DNA from: Octopus sinensis
Lineage: Eukaryota
Direction of reading: 5' to 3'
DNA: 64,000 bases
NCBI RefSeq assembly: GCF_006345805.1
Contig: NC_043012.1
Span: 50,964,001 to 51,028,000, forward strand
Below the pieces are notes generated by a model. It saw nothing but the letters and a program-made list of their open reading frames with translations. It made no database searches and had not been told where the DNA came from. Made by a program: the position numbers and the translations under genes. This document shows, piece by piece, positions 1 to 12,949 of the stretch. Position 1 is the stretch's first letter. Each line of letters starts with the position of its first letter.

Positions 1-355
1 CGCGATTAAACAGGTAAAGTTTATGAGGATCCCATAACCAAATTTCTTGACTTTTTCGATGGCATGCAGGTGTCGATGAATGGGTGAATGACCAAATTCA
101 AGCTTCTCTGCAAGTTCCTCAGCAGTTACGATGGGATTTTGTTTCACCAGCATTTGCAGGACGTCTTCGTCGAGCTCTACATCCAGGACGAAGATCGTCT
201 TCCAGGCTGTAGTTTCCGGTTCGGAATTTATGGAACCACTGTCGACGCAGGCCTACGCTTAATTTCCGATTCTCATATACTATTCCTCTCACTTTCCCTT
301 GCGTTGTTGCTTTTATTGAACTCATAAAAGCAAATATGCCGAATATGCTCCTTTT
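1..355 (-). mobile_element. Mariner transposase N-terminal (HTH) fragment, decayed, runs off the window edge
   Basis: The minus-strand translation across frameshifts gives KEHIRHICFYEFNK...RQWFHKFRTGNYSLEDDLRPG...ELDEDVLQMLVKQNPIVTAEELAEKL. This matches the mariner pattern WFxKFxxGxxSLEDxxRxGRP. Confidence 0.85.
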
Positions 356-466
356 ACAGTTACATTATAGCTTTGAAAAAAATAACTATTAAAACCGAAT
401 TGCACTCTTCAAATTTTGCACTAAGGATAAGCACAATGTAAAATTACTACCTTCTTTTATAGCAAG

Positions 467-960
467 TTGATGCAGGTAGCTTATTTCATCCCCCTCCAAA
501 GTTTAGTTCAGGCAATCAAAAGAACTGCATTATCTATGGGAAGGGGAGCTGTCACCAGTAATGGTCGTTCTGAGATGATCAATTGTGTTGGAACCAGAAA
601 CTCTGAAAAAAACATCAAACTTTTAAAGCAAGGACTATATCCGATGTATTTACACGATAACATAACGAAAAACGAGTTTTTATTCATGAAAGATTGGGCT
701 CCAAGCCATACAACGAAAAGGAATAAACAATAGCTGACTGAAATCTCCTGGCATGAACGCAATTTAAAATCTTTGGAGCATACTAGATAGAACTATACGA
801 AAACTCGACAGAAACATAAATCTAAGTAGGAATTATTTAGATTCTTACGTGAAAAGTGGGCAAAAATCCCCAAGAGACAATCACAAAGCTCATCAGTTCA
901 ATGGACAAAAGGGTTTCTGCATTAAAAACTGCAATGGGAATGACAACTAAATACGAAAGT
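467..960 (+). mobile_element. Tc1-like transposase C-terminal (DDE) fragment, decayed
   Basis: GAVTSNG...FLFMKDWAPSHTTK (degenerate FxQDNAPxHT motif). A downstream frame reads EKWAKIP..TITKLISSMDKRVSALKTAMGMTTKY, the typical Tc1 C-terminus. Stops and frameshifts are present. Confidence 0.72.
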
Positions 961-1074
961 ATGTAGTCCTACCTACCGATTACCATTGGATTGTTCACTT
1001 TAAGTAATAAATAAAAGGTTTAGAAAAAATTAAATGTGTCTATTTACTTCCTGCATCTCTGTCAGTTTGAGCGC

Positions 1075-1186
1075 ATATATGCATATAAATATACATATAT
1101 ATACATATATATACATACATACATACATACATACATACTTACATACACATATACATACATACATACATACATGCATACATACATAC

Positions 1187-1217
<31 letters not shown>

Positions 1218-1499
1218 CATACATACATACATACGTACATACATACATAAATACATACATACATACATACATACATACATACATACTTACGTACGTACAT
1301 ACATACATACATACATACATACATACGTACATACATACATACATACATACATACATACATACGTACGTACATACATACATACATACATACGTACATACAT
1401 ACATACATACATACATACATACATACATACTTACATACGTACATACATACATGCATACATACATACGTACATACATACATACATACATACATACATACA

Positions 1500-1535
<36 letters not shown>

Positions 1536-1536
1536 T
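1075..1536. repeat. Long (TACA)n microsatellite with TACG/TACT variants
   Basis: Directly visible. It accounts for the MYVC/HTYI pseudo-ORFs at 1030-1620. Confidence 0.98.
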
Positions 1537-1739
1537 GACGTGAAGGGGGACAGTGAACTTGACGCTAGGAGTTGTACGTGCGTTATTACAAATCGAAAAG
1601 TTGGGAAAATATTACAGTAACCCTAATGTAAATACTGAAACGAGAGGATAATTATATCATACATCTCGAAATGATAGTTGTAATTAATTCTTAATATTTA
1701 TGCATGTAATGAGTGTATGCATCTCTCTCTCTCTCTTTC

Positions 1740-1780
<41 letters not shown>

Positions 1781-1850
1781 TCCTGTTTCTCGTTTTACAT
1801 ATGTATGTAAGTATGTACCTATATATGTGTCTATATATATATATATATAT

Positions 1851-1881
<31 letters not shown>

Positions 1882-1887
1882 TGTGAG

Positions 1888-1928
<41 letters not shown>

Positions 1929-2604
1929 TTCATATTCACACACATGTGTGTACATTTGTATAGTTATATGTATGTATACTTGTTGGAGTATCAGTAAGCA
2001 TTTAGCGAAACTTTTATAATCATAAAAATGACGCATAATCATTGCAGTGTTACATACACACAGGTACACAAACACGCACACACACACATACAAACAAATT
2101 CATTTACCTCCCTATTCATCTATCGACCTATCTTTCTGTCTATCTATATATCTATATGTCTATCTATTAATGAGCATGTGTCTGTATGTATACATAGATA
2201 AGGTGGAGGGAGCGATGGGGTTCGTGAGTGTGAATACCTATTATTTAAGTTTTAAATATACACAGACACATATACATATATATATATACATACACACACT
2301 CGCAGAAAAACAGAGCACACACACATACGTGAACTGAAGGAATGTGAAATAGAAAGATACAATCATATATCTTTATACTGTAAAAGTTTTTGAAGGTTCT
2401 ATATTTCTGAACTATTATGAAAATTGATTTAATAATGTCTCCAAATTTCTTTATTTATCTTTGATATGGCGGGCTGAAATTAAGTGAGGCCTGTAAAGAT
2501 GTTGAAAATTAATATTTTTTGGAATATTCTGATATTTATTCTTATAAACGCGTGTCCAATTTTGCACAAACATACACTTAGACCTACGTCTAAGCGCACG
2601 AAAG

Positions 2605-2677
<73 letters not shown>

Positions 2678-2738
2678 AAATATATAAATGCTTATATATT
2701 CATATATATGTACGTCTATGTATATATATATATATATC

Positions 2739-2776
<38 letters not shown>

Positions 2777-3086
2777 ATATACAATCATGTGCACCGATAT
2801 TTAATATTTTTAGAACACAATCATCCGAAATAGAAATAATTCAACTAAGTTACCCTCGAGACATAGATCTCTTCTTTGCAGTTTATTATAGAGGCTAGTG
2901 TTAATGCAATATTGACAATTAAATTAAACTTTGATATCTTCGTAAGAATTTTGATTATTGTAAGGAATCTGATATTGTAAAAAGTATATTTGACTATTTT
3001 GGAAACAAAATTTTCTGGAATTTGCAGAAGTTCTAAATTACACCACTACTGATAACCATTCCTCATTATTTTTCACAGCATACATA

Positions 3087-3117
<31 letters not shown>

Positions 3118-3139
3118 ATATTATATATATACTCTCTTT

Positions 3140-3344
3140 TACACTTTAAATTCCTTTAGTCATTTGAGAGTAGCCATGCAGGAGCACTGCCTTTTAGTCG
3201 AGTTAATCGACCCCATAACTTATTCTTTGTAAGCCTAGTACACATTCTATCGATCTTTTGCCGAACCGTTAAGTTACGGGGACGTAAATACACCACCATC
3301 GGTGGTCAAACGATGTTGCGAGGGACAAATACAGATAAACACAC

Positions 3345-3345
<1 letters not shown>
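3140..3345 (-). mobile_element. SINE family beta (long SINE with internal microsatellite), 3' part
   Basis: Reverse-complement similarity to 54430-54600 (gcggttcggcaaaaga...cttacaaagaataagt...ggggtcgatt...catggc). Confidence 0.8.
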
Positions 3346-3391
<46 letters not shown>

Positions 3392-3671
3392 ATTTCAACA
3401 ATTGAGGGTAAAATTAATTAATTAATCAATTTCACCAAGTATTCAGTATGCAAAGGGACCATTTAAGGCGAATTCAAATTATTACATTATATAAAAGGGC
3501 TTAGTAAAATAAATTACTTTGCCGCATACTGAACTCATTAGAAATAGCAGCTAAAAAAAACTTTTTTAAAACTATTTCTAATACTTAAAGAAAACCTCTC
3601 TCATATAGTGTTTGCTCAATTCAAACCTCTCTCATATAGTGTTTGCTCGTATATATATATATATATATATA

Positions 3672-3750
3672 CGACGGGTTTCTTTCAGTTTCCGTCTACC
3701 AAGTCCACTCACAAGGCTTTGGTCGCCCCGAGGCTATAGTAGAAGCTACT
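3672..3750 (-). mobile_element. SINE family beta, central part
   Basis: cgacgggtttctttcagtttccgtctaccaagtccactcacaaggctttggtcgccccgaggctatagtagaag matches 59255-59335 and the reverse complement of 54290-54365. Confidence 0.8.
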
Positions 3751-3768
3751 ATGAATATGTCTATACAT

Positions 3769-3843
<75 letters not shown>

Positions 3844-4254
3844 TACAAGTATGTATGCATTTTTATAGGCATATATAAGATAGAAATAGTTACGTACACA
3901 TCTACGTGTGTGTGTGTGTATATACATATTGTATTATTGCTTTTTTTTGTCTCAGTCATCTAAATTTAGCCATGCAAGGTCACCTGTTTGAAAGTTTATT
4001 AAACATATTGATCCTAGTACTGAGATGTATACATTTCAGTTTCAATTTTGCAGGTGCAATGACGAGTTTTTTGCCTTCCCAGGATTATAGTAGACGGCAT
4101 ATGCCCAAGTTATCACGCAGTGGGATTGAATGTAGAACAATGTGATTGAAAGCCAACTCCTCAACACATAGATAAGCTTGCGCTTAAATATGTAGATGTA
4201 TAACTATAAACATACGTTTATATATACATATTGATTGATAGATATATAAATACA

Positions 4255-4452
4255 TAAGGCGACAAGCTCGTAGAAACGTTAGCGCGCTATTTCCTCAGCC
4301 GTTACTTCTGTGTTCAAATTCTGACGAGGTCAACCTTGCCTTTCATCCTTTCGGGGTCGGTAAATTAAGTACCAGTTCGGCACGGTGGTCGATGTAATCG
4401 ACTTAATCCATTTGTCTGTCTTTGTTTTTCCCCTCTATATTTAGCCCCTTGA
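4255..4452 (+). mobile_element. SINE family alpha (about 220 bp, tRNA-like head)
   Basis: Shares the B-box-like gttcaaatt(c) and ttgcctttcatcctttcggggtcg...taagtacca...gtcgatgtaatcgacttaatcc with about 10 other copies in the window. Confidence 0.85.
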
Positions 4453-4593
4453 GTGTAGTAAAGAAATAAGATATATAAATTGGGTGTAAAAGTTTGATAA
4501 GTATATTTATTAGAAAATGCCTTCAGATAAGATGGACTAAACAGAGCAAGAAGATACACGTAGAAGATGATGATGATGATGATGATGATGATG

Positions 4594-4658
<65 letters not shown>

Positions 4659-5057
4659 CAGAGATCATGAAGAAAAAAAATGCTTTCTAATTGATGTATC
4701 AATACCGGCAGATGACAACGTGTCTCTAAAAGAAATGAAGAAACTCTCAAAATACAAAGACCTGGAAATAGAGGTAACTAGAATGTGGAATCTGAAAACA
4801 GAAACAATTCCTATCATAGTAGGTGCATTAGGCATGATAAAAAAAATATTCAGACAAATACATAACAAAAACACCAGGACTTACAAACACATATAACATA
4901 CAGAAAATTGCACTACTAGGCACTGCACACATCCTACGCAGAATACTTTCCATACAATAACCATCAGAGCATCACAACAAATCACAGCACATACCCAAGG
5001 CACACAGAGCTGCGCTCGGTAGTGAAGTGAAAGCACGCTATAAGAATAAAACTACTG
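4659..5057 (+). mobile_element. 5'-truncated R4/Dong-clade non-LTR retrotransposon (restriction-like endonuclease end plus 3' UTR) inside (TAA)n
   Basis: KCFLIDVSIPADDNVSLKE..KLSKYKDLEIEVTRMW..IPIIVGALG, then after one frameshift IQKIALLGTAHILRRILSIQ* (stop at 4958-4960). AATAAA lies near 5045, and (AAT)n flanks both sides. Confidence 0.85.
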
Positions 5058-5117
5058 AATAATAATAATAATAATAATAATAAAGCGGAAGTAAAGACTA
5101 AATATATTTTGGAAACC

Positions 5118-5165
<48 letters not shown>

Positions 5166-7384
5166 GTAAGTGTGCGTTGGTGTGTATGTTTGTGTATGTG
5201 TGTGTGTGTGTTTGTGAGTGTGTGCGTATGAATTGAATTACAAAGAAGTGGATTACAATATCTTAAGAGGCAATATGTGTGAAAGTCGTAAAAATAATAA
5301 CGTGACTTTATCTTTAACTCATCAAGTTTCAGCTATTTTATAAAATATGATTAACTGAAAATTTATAGAATATGAAATGTGTGGGATCTAAATTTAAGAA
5401 GCACATCGTAATTGACACAGTAGAAATAATTTAAGCCAGTTTGTAGACAGGCATTGGGAATTAACATTTTTTTTTTCATTATAGACAACGATTTTCTGCA
5501 ATTTTGATAGCCCAAGTTGGTATCAATACGAAACCTTGACTTAGAATATATCTATCAATAAAGAATATTATGCTGTTTATAATATTTGAAAACAATATTT
5601 GAATTGTATTTTTTCGACGTAGTTCTAATTAGACACAGTGATGTTACCATCGAAATCTATTAAGAAATATCTTTCGTTTAAACTAATGATGTACATTCTC
5701 TGAAAGTAAAATTAAATATTCATTTTTACATAATAATTACTTGAAATCAAAATTATTCCAAAATTACAACTAAGTAAACTATATTTAAAAATATATGAAA
5801 AATATTAAATTTTATTGAATGTAGCTGCTAAGAAATTATCATTCGCAAATTTTAATGAAAATCCGTTTTCTTTAAATGAGTTAAAAATAATTATTTGCAT
5901 TCCAATATAATATTTTACTCCATAAAATATATTCATAAATGTTGCTGTGCATTCTATAATTAGGAAAAATAAATTTACATAGCTGTTAACATTTTTACAG
6001 TTTATCCTTCTTTCACTCTCCTGCTGAACATTATAACGGTGGCCATGAGAGCAAAGAACGGAGCATGACAGCATCCAAGACATCATACACGCAGATATGT
6101 CTCTCTTTGACTTCGAGATGAGACTAATAGAGGAAACACATACACACACACAAATACAAATGTATATGTATTTGTACATGTACAGACAGGTGTCTCATCG
6201 GAGGCTGATGCGATCTGTAAACTAGTGCTACCTGTTCCCTGTTCGGGAATTACCTCTCCCTGCAGGGAAGGCCTGCACACTCAGAAGGAGTAAGAACAAG
6301 ACTTGATGAAGGGTCGATGAGCTACTTCTGAGTCGAGTGGCATACAAGTGAAGAAAGCACGCTAATATATCTGCCAAATCACAATCTGAGAAATTTAGAA
6401 CGAATAAATGCTACGGTTGCAAATGATGGGAGATCTCAAGCTTAATCTTGAAGACTTTTGTGGTAATCATCAAGTTATTGCAAACGTTATTGACGATGAA
6501 ATGTATGTATATGTATGGGTTTTTATACATGTGTATCCTTGTGTCTGTACACACGCGCTTGCGTGTATATATGCTTGTATGGATGTGTTTTGCAGTAACT
6601 GCGTACATACGTGCACAAATACCTTCGTAAATATATGAATAGATAAAGAGACAGAATGATAGATAGAGAGACAAGGAGAAATTGAGACAGAGGGAGCGTG
6701 GGAGATCAATAAACGAAAGGAGGAACCAGAAAATAGAGAAAAATATCATATGAGGCTATTGCAAGCGTTAGTATGGGCCCATGTGAAAATCATAGCTTTA
6801 TTTTTAAATTTTGAACTTTCATAAAATTGTAGAAAATTGGTACGCAATTAAAAAAAAAAGAAATTACATCCATACATTTGGATTACTCTAGCTCATTTCC
6901 AAATAAATGTGGTTTCCTACTAGCTTCCGAGCAGAGTATCCTTCTACTGTTAGTTTATCAGTTTTGAGTTAAGTAAGAAAGTTGAATGCATTTAGAGATC
7001 ATCTATCGTACATTCTACAAATTCAATTCCAATATTTCTGTTTTCTACGGAGTTTTCTGTTATGTCTCGAGAATTAATCATAAAGTTTTGGAATTTAAAA
7101 TTTCTTATACAACTTATATGTGTGTGTCTTTGTGTTTGTGTTTTTGTGTGTGTGTGTTGAAGAAAATGCATTATATTACGTAATGTTTGTTATTGTAAAA
7201 GTCATATATCTGGTCGCTGACTACACATACGCAGAGAGATACAAACAAACGCTAAGTTATAGATACAAACATAAGTTGATATGTATAGAGTATGTGGTGA
7301 ATAAACTGTCGTCTAAATTACGCAATAATGAAAATAACAACGACATCTCATGTTAACATATATATTTGCCAAAATTACATTAAA

Positions 7385-8177
7385 ATATCTTGAAATACGA
7401 AAAGATAAATTTATTTAATAAATTTGCCATTGGATTGAACCGTGGCCTCCAGCCGATTTTGGAATTTCCTACAACACTTCTGGACGGTCTCCTTGTTTAA
7501 GTTGGTGAATGCTGCCATAATTCTTACATTCGGTCCATCTTTGGGTTTACAAGAAGTTTTGTTAGACTTTCGCTAAACTACGTCACACATATAGTAATCA
7601 AGAGGGTTGATTTCTGGGCAGTTAGGTGGCCAGATGTTAGGGGCGATGTGGTCGCAGAAATTGTCTGACAGCCATGACTGGATCCTCCTGCATGTGTACG
7701 TGATGTAGAGACCTCTTGCTAGACATAGAATTTTCCAGCAGTCATCCTCTTGACCCAGGGCAGAACTACCTGCTCCAGAACCTCGATACTTAATGTAGGC
7801 CTCTGTGTTGAGTCCGAGGCCGTGTAGAAAGATGAATGGAGACATAACGTCGCTATCACTTATGATGATTCCAAACACTAGGATGCTGATTAGATGTTTG
7901 ATTTTTATCCCACTCGGTACATATCTCAGATTGCAATGTCCTCACATTAACACCCAAGCACTCTGAAATGCTCGTATTGGAGATTCCGACGAAAATACCA
8001 AGTAGTACAGCATGTAATTTCCAAATTTTCGGCAGAGTACTTTGCGATATGGTGCTGTTTTTCTAACACACGGTGCCCAAATGATCCTACTATACAGTAT
8101 AGTCGACCATTTCAAAAAACAAACATGCCCGAAAATGAAAATATAATATGGTGACAATTTACTCATCGGGACTTGTA
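7385..8177 (-). mobile_element. Internally deleted maT-like (IS630-Tc1-mariner, DD37D-type) transposon
   Basis: The C-terminal part reads MFGIIISDSDVMSPFIF.HGL.LNTEAY...QSWLSDNFCDHIAPNIWPPNCPEINPLDYY. The N-terminal part (about 7900-8060) reads KIWKLHAVLLGI..GISNTSISECLGVNVRT. The middle of the transposase is missing and the second catalytic Asp codon is mutated. Confidence 0.8.
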
Positions 8178-8261
8178 TGTATAAATATATATGTCTATAT
8201 GTCCACCAACATTTTTTCTCTGCTCCAAGGCACATTCCTAACACACCAGCTGAATTTAATC

Positions 8262-8580
8262 CGTCCTAGTCGAAAGACGCCGGTTTGTGATGTCCTGTTA
8301 TCGTTATTGTTATTATTGTTTTTACGTATCATTTTTGGATCCATATTCGTGTAACATCGTCCGTTTTTCTGTCCTTGTTTTGTAAACATTCGAAGCTTCC
8401 TTCCAAGGAATCTAATGCGCTCGGCTTAGTTTTTCCATGGGGCTGGCCACATTGGAGCAATCTCAAGATTAATCAGCCGAAATTGCGAGGATGATCTGGT
8501 TCTTGACTGAAGATTGAAGGCTTCGAATGTCCCGTCCGTGTTTTTTGTATCGTCGTCAAAATGTTCTTGTCCCAGTTTCT
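8262..8580. repeat. Unclassified interspersed-repeat-like segment with an internal inverted repeat
   Basis: Higher GC than the flanks, next to microsatellites, with an 11-bp inverted pair ACATTCGAAGC (about 8387) / GCTTCGAATGT (about 8520). Family not assigned. Confidence 0.4.
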
Positions 8581-8666
8581 ATTTTTTATACATATATATG
8601 TATGTATGTATGTATGTAGTATGTATGTATGTATGTATGTAGTATGTATGTATGTATGTATGTATG

Positions 8667-8717
<51 letters not shown>

Positions 8718-10139
8718 ATATATAAATATATATATATATATATCTACTTATCTATTTATCTATCTATATATATATATATACACACATATATACACATGTA
8801 TGTATACATATGATATATTCATATACATACGTATCAATATGTGTTTATGTATATACATATGTATACGTGTGTGTGTATGCGTGTGTTTAGTCGCACACAG
8901 ACACACAGAGACACACTCACGCACATGTATATATACTTTATATTGCCATCTTTAACTCATTTATTTTAAACCTCTGCATTTTGCCTTTCATACTATTTCC
9001 CAAATAACTTAATTAAATAAAGGAAATTGTAACCATCCACGTGTCGGTTTCAATAAGGGATACAGTGAACCTTTGGAATTGCTGCAATGATTAGGGAACT
9101 GAATACTCGACTTCTTCTAAAATATATTATGAAACGAATTAGCTGACATCCCAGGAGATAACACATTTTGTAAAAAGGAAGTCAAAAAACGTCTAATTAT
9201 ATATTTCCGCATTATTCTAGGGTCTTTATGAATAATTTCCCTAAAATAACCCTTTGGTAGTGTCATATTTTAATTTGTATATGATATATTTCCCAATCTA
9301 TTATTGTATTACTCTAAAGATAATTACCTTCAAAACCTATAATTATAAATAAGATTTGTTTTCCATATTATAAATTCTCTTTTTATTTATTCCCACAGCG
9401 TATTCATCACCTTGGAAATCTATGAGTTCAACTCATTTCTCTAGACAAAAAAGCATTAAATCGTAATATAATAAAGGTAAAAATACGTCGATTTTTATTT
9501 TTGGTTTGTCACCTTCAAATTATCTCGGTATTATCACATTTGTTTCCGTATTATCTGGGAGACAATTCTACTATAAATTTGGTGGCGATTTACTCAGTAT
9601 TGCAGTTATTACCAATTTATTACTTGTTGCTTGATAGAAAATATGAACGACAGGAAAAAAGTAATTATTGAAAATGAATAATTTACATCTTATTTTATTC
9701 TAATAATAACCTAATCTATAAAAAACTTGAATTGAGTTTGTTGCTCATGGGTAATCAACATTTAAACAAAATGGCAATGGAAAAGTCGCACACATACGGC
9801 TTGCAAAGTCCTTATAGCTTTCTCTACACTCCAATGCAATGTTCTATAAACAATTATAAAAAGGGGAACTTAATGAAAACTATCAAATAAATATACAGCC
9901 TTCGTTTATGTGAAAGACAAGTAAATCAGAAAGAAGTATTCTGTAAAGTAGCATGAATTTTCATTTTATATCAACTAAAGTTTAAATAATTTACTCTAGA
10001 AAACAGAATATTTTACCTTTCATGTCTATCAGATTGAATAACTCATTGTTTATGATTCGGTGAAATATAAATCATCCCACACAGCTAACTAGATACCGTT
10101 AAATTATAGTCGTGTTGTGATAAATAAGACATTCCGAAG

Positions 10140-12648
10140 GGCCTGAACGGTGGAGACAACACATGTAGATAAAACCACGTTCGAGGCTTTGACTCGTGAC
10201 GGTACCGTGCTACTCGCCTGCGAGAAGGTTTATATTATTTTTCCGCAGCAATTCGTGCGGCTGTTTCGTGAGGGCGATGGGTCGAGGACGGTATTGGAGT
10301 TCTGTTCGTACGTGGACAGCCAGCCGCAAGATCGGCGGCTACCTTAAGGTAATGTAAAAATCGGATTCGGGAGGTGATGGCCGATTGCACAAGTCGCACA
10401 TCGCCCGGGTTTGGATGGTCTGCCTTATGAATTCTGTGTATTCATGCCATACTTGTTGGTGATCTCTTGGCAGATGTCTACATCAACTGGCAACTGAAGG
10501 GAAGAATTCCTAGTGGTGTTAGCCGAGGTGTGGTGACTCTGCTGAGAAAGAACGCCAACTATGGGGACTTAATACAGGACTTGTGGAAAATAACTGCTAA
10601 ACACAGAGATTTTGTCGAAGATTTTTGAGAAAATGTGGGCGGTAGTTTGTTCGGGGAAGCGCAAACGTGCGCAATCTCGTGTAGGACTATCCCCAATAAC
10701 CTCCTCCTCATGCGATACATTAAAGTGAGGGCCAAGACAAAAACTGGCTTCGGGGAGGGAGTGCTCTGATAAACGTGGATCAGTCGAAAGCATTCAATAG
10801 GGTCAAGCATCGCTACTTGGAAGCCTTTCTCAAAGCAGGTGGTTTCGAACTCGTGTTCAGATGTTGGATCGCTGCAATGCACAGCGGCTGATTCAGTCGT
10901 CAAAGTACACGGTCACGTATCTGAACCGTTTGGCATCGCACACTCGGTCCGTCGGGACTGCCCGCTGTCAACTCTTCTGTACATATCGGCAGCCGAGCCA
11001 CAGTTCCGGAAGATAGAAGAGTTAAGGGGCGCTCCTTTCAAACTGGGACACGGAAGGGTAGTGTCGGAATACGCAGACGACGTCACCATCATAATGTCGG
11101 AAGCTTCCGAAGTGGAGACGGGCGACACCACCGTAAAGGAATAAGAGTCGGTTGCAAGGGCCAAAATTAATGCCAACAAATCTTTGAGTTTGAAGTTGGG
11201 CACCCGGAAAAGCAAGTTGATGCCATCTGACGGCGTCGTGGGACGCTGGATCGGTGGACCAGTTAAACTGCTCTGGGTTTGGTTTAATCCCGACCTCTAG
11301 GCTGAGGAAAACTGGGACGAGGTGGTGAACAGAGTGGCCAGTCTTACCCAGAAATGGGCTGAGAGGAAGGTATTTCTTAAAAGTCGGGTAAATGTGGCGA
11401 ATGCCTGCATCGCCTCCATTATCATTAATCGCCTGACCGTCATGACTCGTCCTTATTACTGCTTGACCAAGTTGAAGCGTCTCTTATTTAAATTCTTGTG
11501 AAAGGGACGCATCCCAATGCTCAGGCAGGCAGTGTGTCGCCAGCATCCTCTAAATGACGGATTAGGTATGTTGTGGCTCTAAATATTCAGACACCCTCTT
11601 AAGCTAATACACTTGAAATTAATTCCTGATGATGAGCCTGCGTGGGCTCCGTTTGTAATGCTCGATTTCCGCAGCTCGTCTCCTTGACCGAGACTGTGCG
11701 CCTTATACCTAGAATGCCGTCAATCGCTCACAGCCCTCTAACAACAGTACAATGGGATTGAAGGATGTTCGTCTTTAGAAATTTATAGAGGATTAGTGAC
11801 GGGGAAGTGCGCATGACATTATCAAGGAGACAGGGCGACGACGAAAAGGAACTAGCTAGTCTGATCCGGAGGACTTTCCGGGTTGGAACTATCAGGGATA
11901 ATTTCCAGATGTCTTGGTCTGGCAGTGCTACTGGGGAGCACAACCGGTAAGATATAAACAATACATGCACGGATATGCAGCCAGACGGGTTTCTCTGAGA
12001 TGCACGCAGAGTGACGAAACCGTTCAACATGCCCTCGTTCAGTATCCGGGCATTGCTGACATGTGGCTTTATGACGAACAGTAGCTGTCACGTGTGGGAC
12101 GGATCCGTCTATCGGCCGAATCTGTGTTGATCATTACCGCGCAATCCTCCTTCAATCTGATAGGTAAGGCTGCTTTCCTTTGTCTGTCTGGTGGCTGTGG
12201 CGAAAGAGGACAGATACATTCATTTTTGGTACAGCTCTCATTGACTTCTTGAAAAGGAAATTTGGAATGGAGAGGGAAGTGATATCCTCTAATGAGTTTA
12301 TTGAAAGGTGCATAGAAGTTACAAAAAGGGCAAGAGTGGATGTTACCTCTCTAAGTGTAGACCTGTGAGTCGGAGAGAAGGAATTGGAGGGGGCACTCGC
12401 TCTTGGTGTTCAGGAAAGTCTCAGACATTGGGGTTTCTCGATTATCCTTAGCGGACATCCTGTATCAGGAGGGCTACATCGCTATCGTCCTCTCCTGCCC
12501 TCCTTTTTTAACCTTTGTATACTATGTACATGTCACTTCCTTTCCATTGTATACTTTGTAAACTTACATTTTTTTCTTTTTCTTTCATTATATGTAAACC
12601 CACACAATTTATCTTCCTATTCTTTCACACTGGTTGCAAATAAACGAC
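10140..12648 (+). mobile_element. 5'-truncated, decayed Tx1/L1-clade LINE (ORF2 RT to C-terminus, plus 3' UTR)
   Basis: Contains RT motifs DQSKAFNRV (about 10778), SVRRDCPLSTLLY and YADD (about 11070), then KINANKS and KLLWVWF, and a C-terminal ETVQHALVQ zinc-knuckle remnant. The stop is at 12368, followed by a pyrimidine-rich UTR ending AATAAA and a (TAT)n tail. Confidence 0.92.
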
Positions 12649-12745
12649 GTTATTATTATTATTATTATTATTATAATTACTACTACTACTACTATTATTA
12701 CTATCATCCTCATCCTCATCATCATCATCATCATCAATACTATCA
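12649..12745. repeat. Compound (TAT)n/(TAC)n/(CAT)n microsatellite, tail of the Tx1 element
   Basis: Directly visible. Confidence 0.95.
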
Positions 12746-12949
12746 TTATACGAAAACTCACAGCTTATTTTGCAGGTTCTTATAAAATAAATTTGTTTAT
12801 CGTTGAATAGATTTTGTTTAGGGACCGGATTAGAGAATAGTTAACATGGAGATGACAAGTGTAATAGTCAACAACCGATGATGTTTGTACCGAAAGAGGA
12901 CTATTGTATTACACTCTGTAATGTTAAGCTAGGAAATTAAAATAGAGTA

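Noticed and set aside
1030-1620. Long ORFs of 160-190 aa (MYVC/HTYI repeats), and similar ones at 23591, 25599, 36057-36898, 44681-45259, 49596-49947 and 50288
   Set aside because: They are translations of (TACA)n, (TA)n, (TG)n and (GTA)n microsatellites, which lack stops in several frames.
3420-3550. Hammerhead on the minus strand (CTAATGA...10-bp stem...GAAA)
   Set aside because: The core is altered, 7 extra nt lie before GAAA, and helix I does not pair convincingly.
8500-8540. CTGAAGA...GAAT motif; also CTGATGA at about 13344 and about 60515
   Set aside because: No GAAA box with compatible helices. The 13.3-kb hit lies inside a LINE relic.
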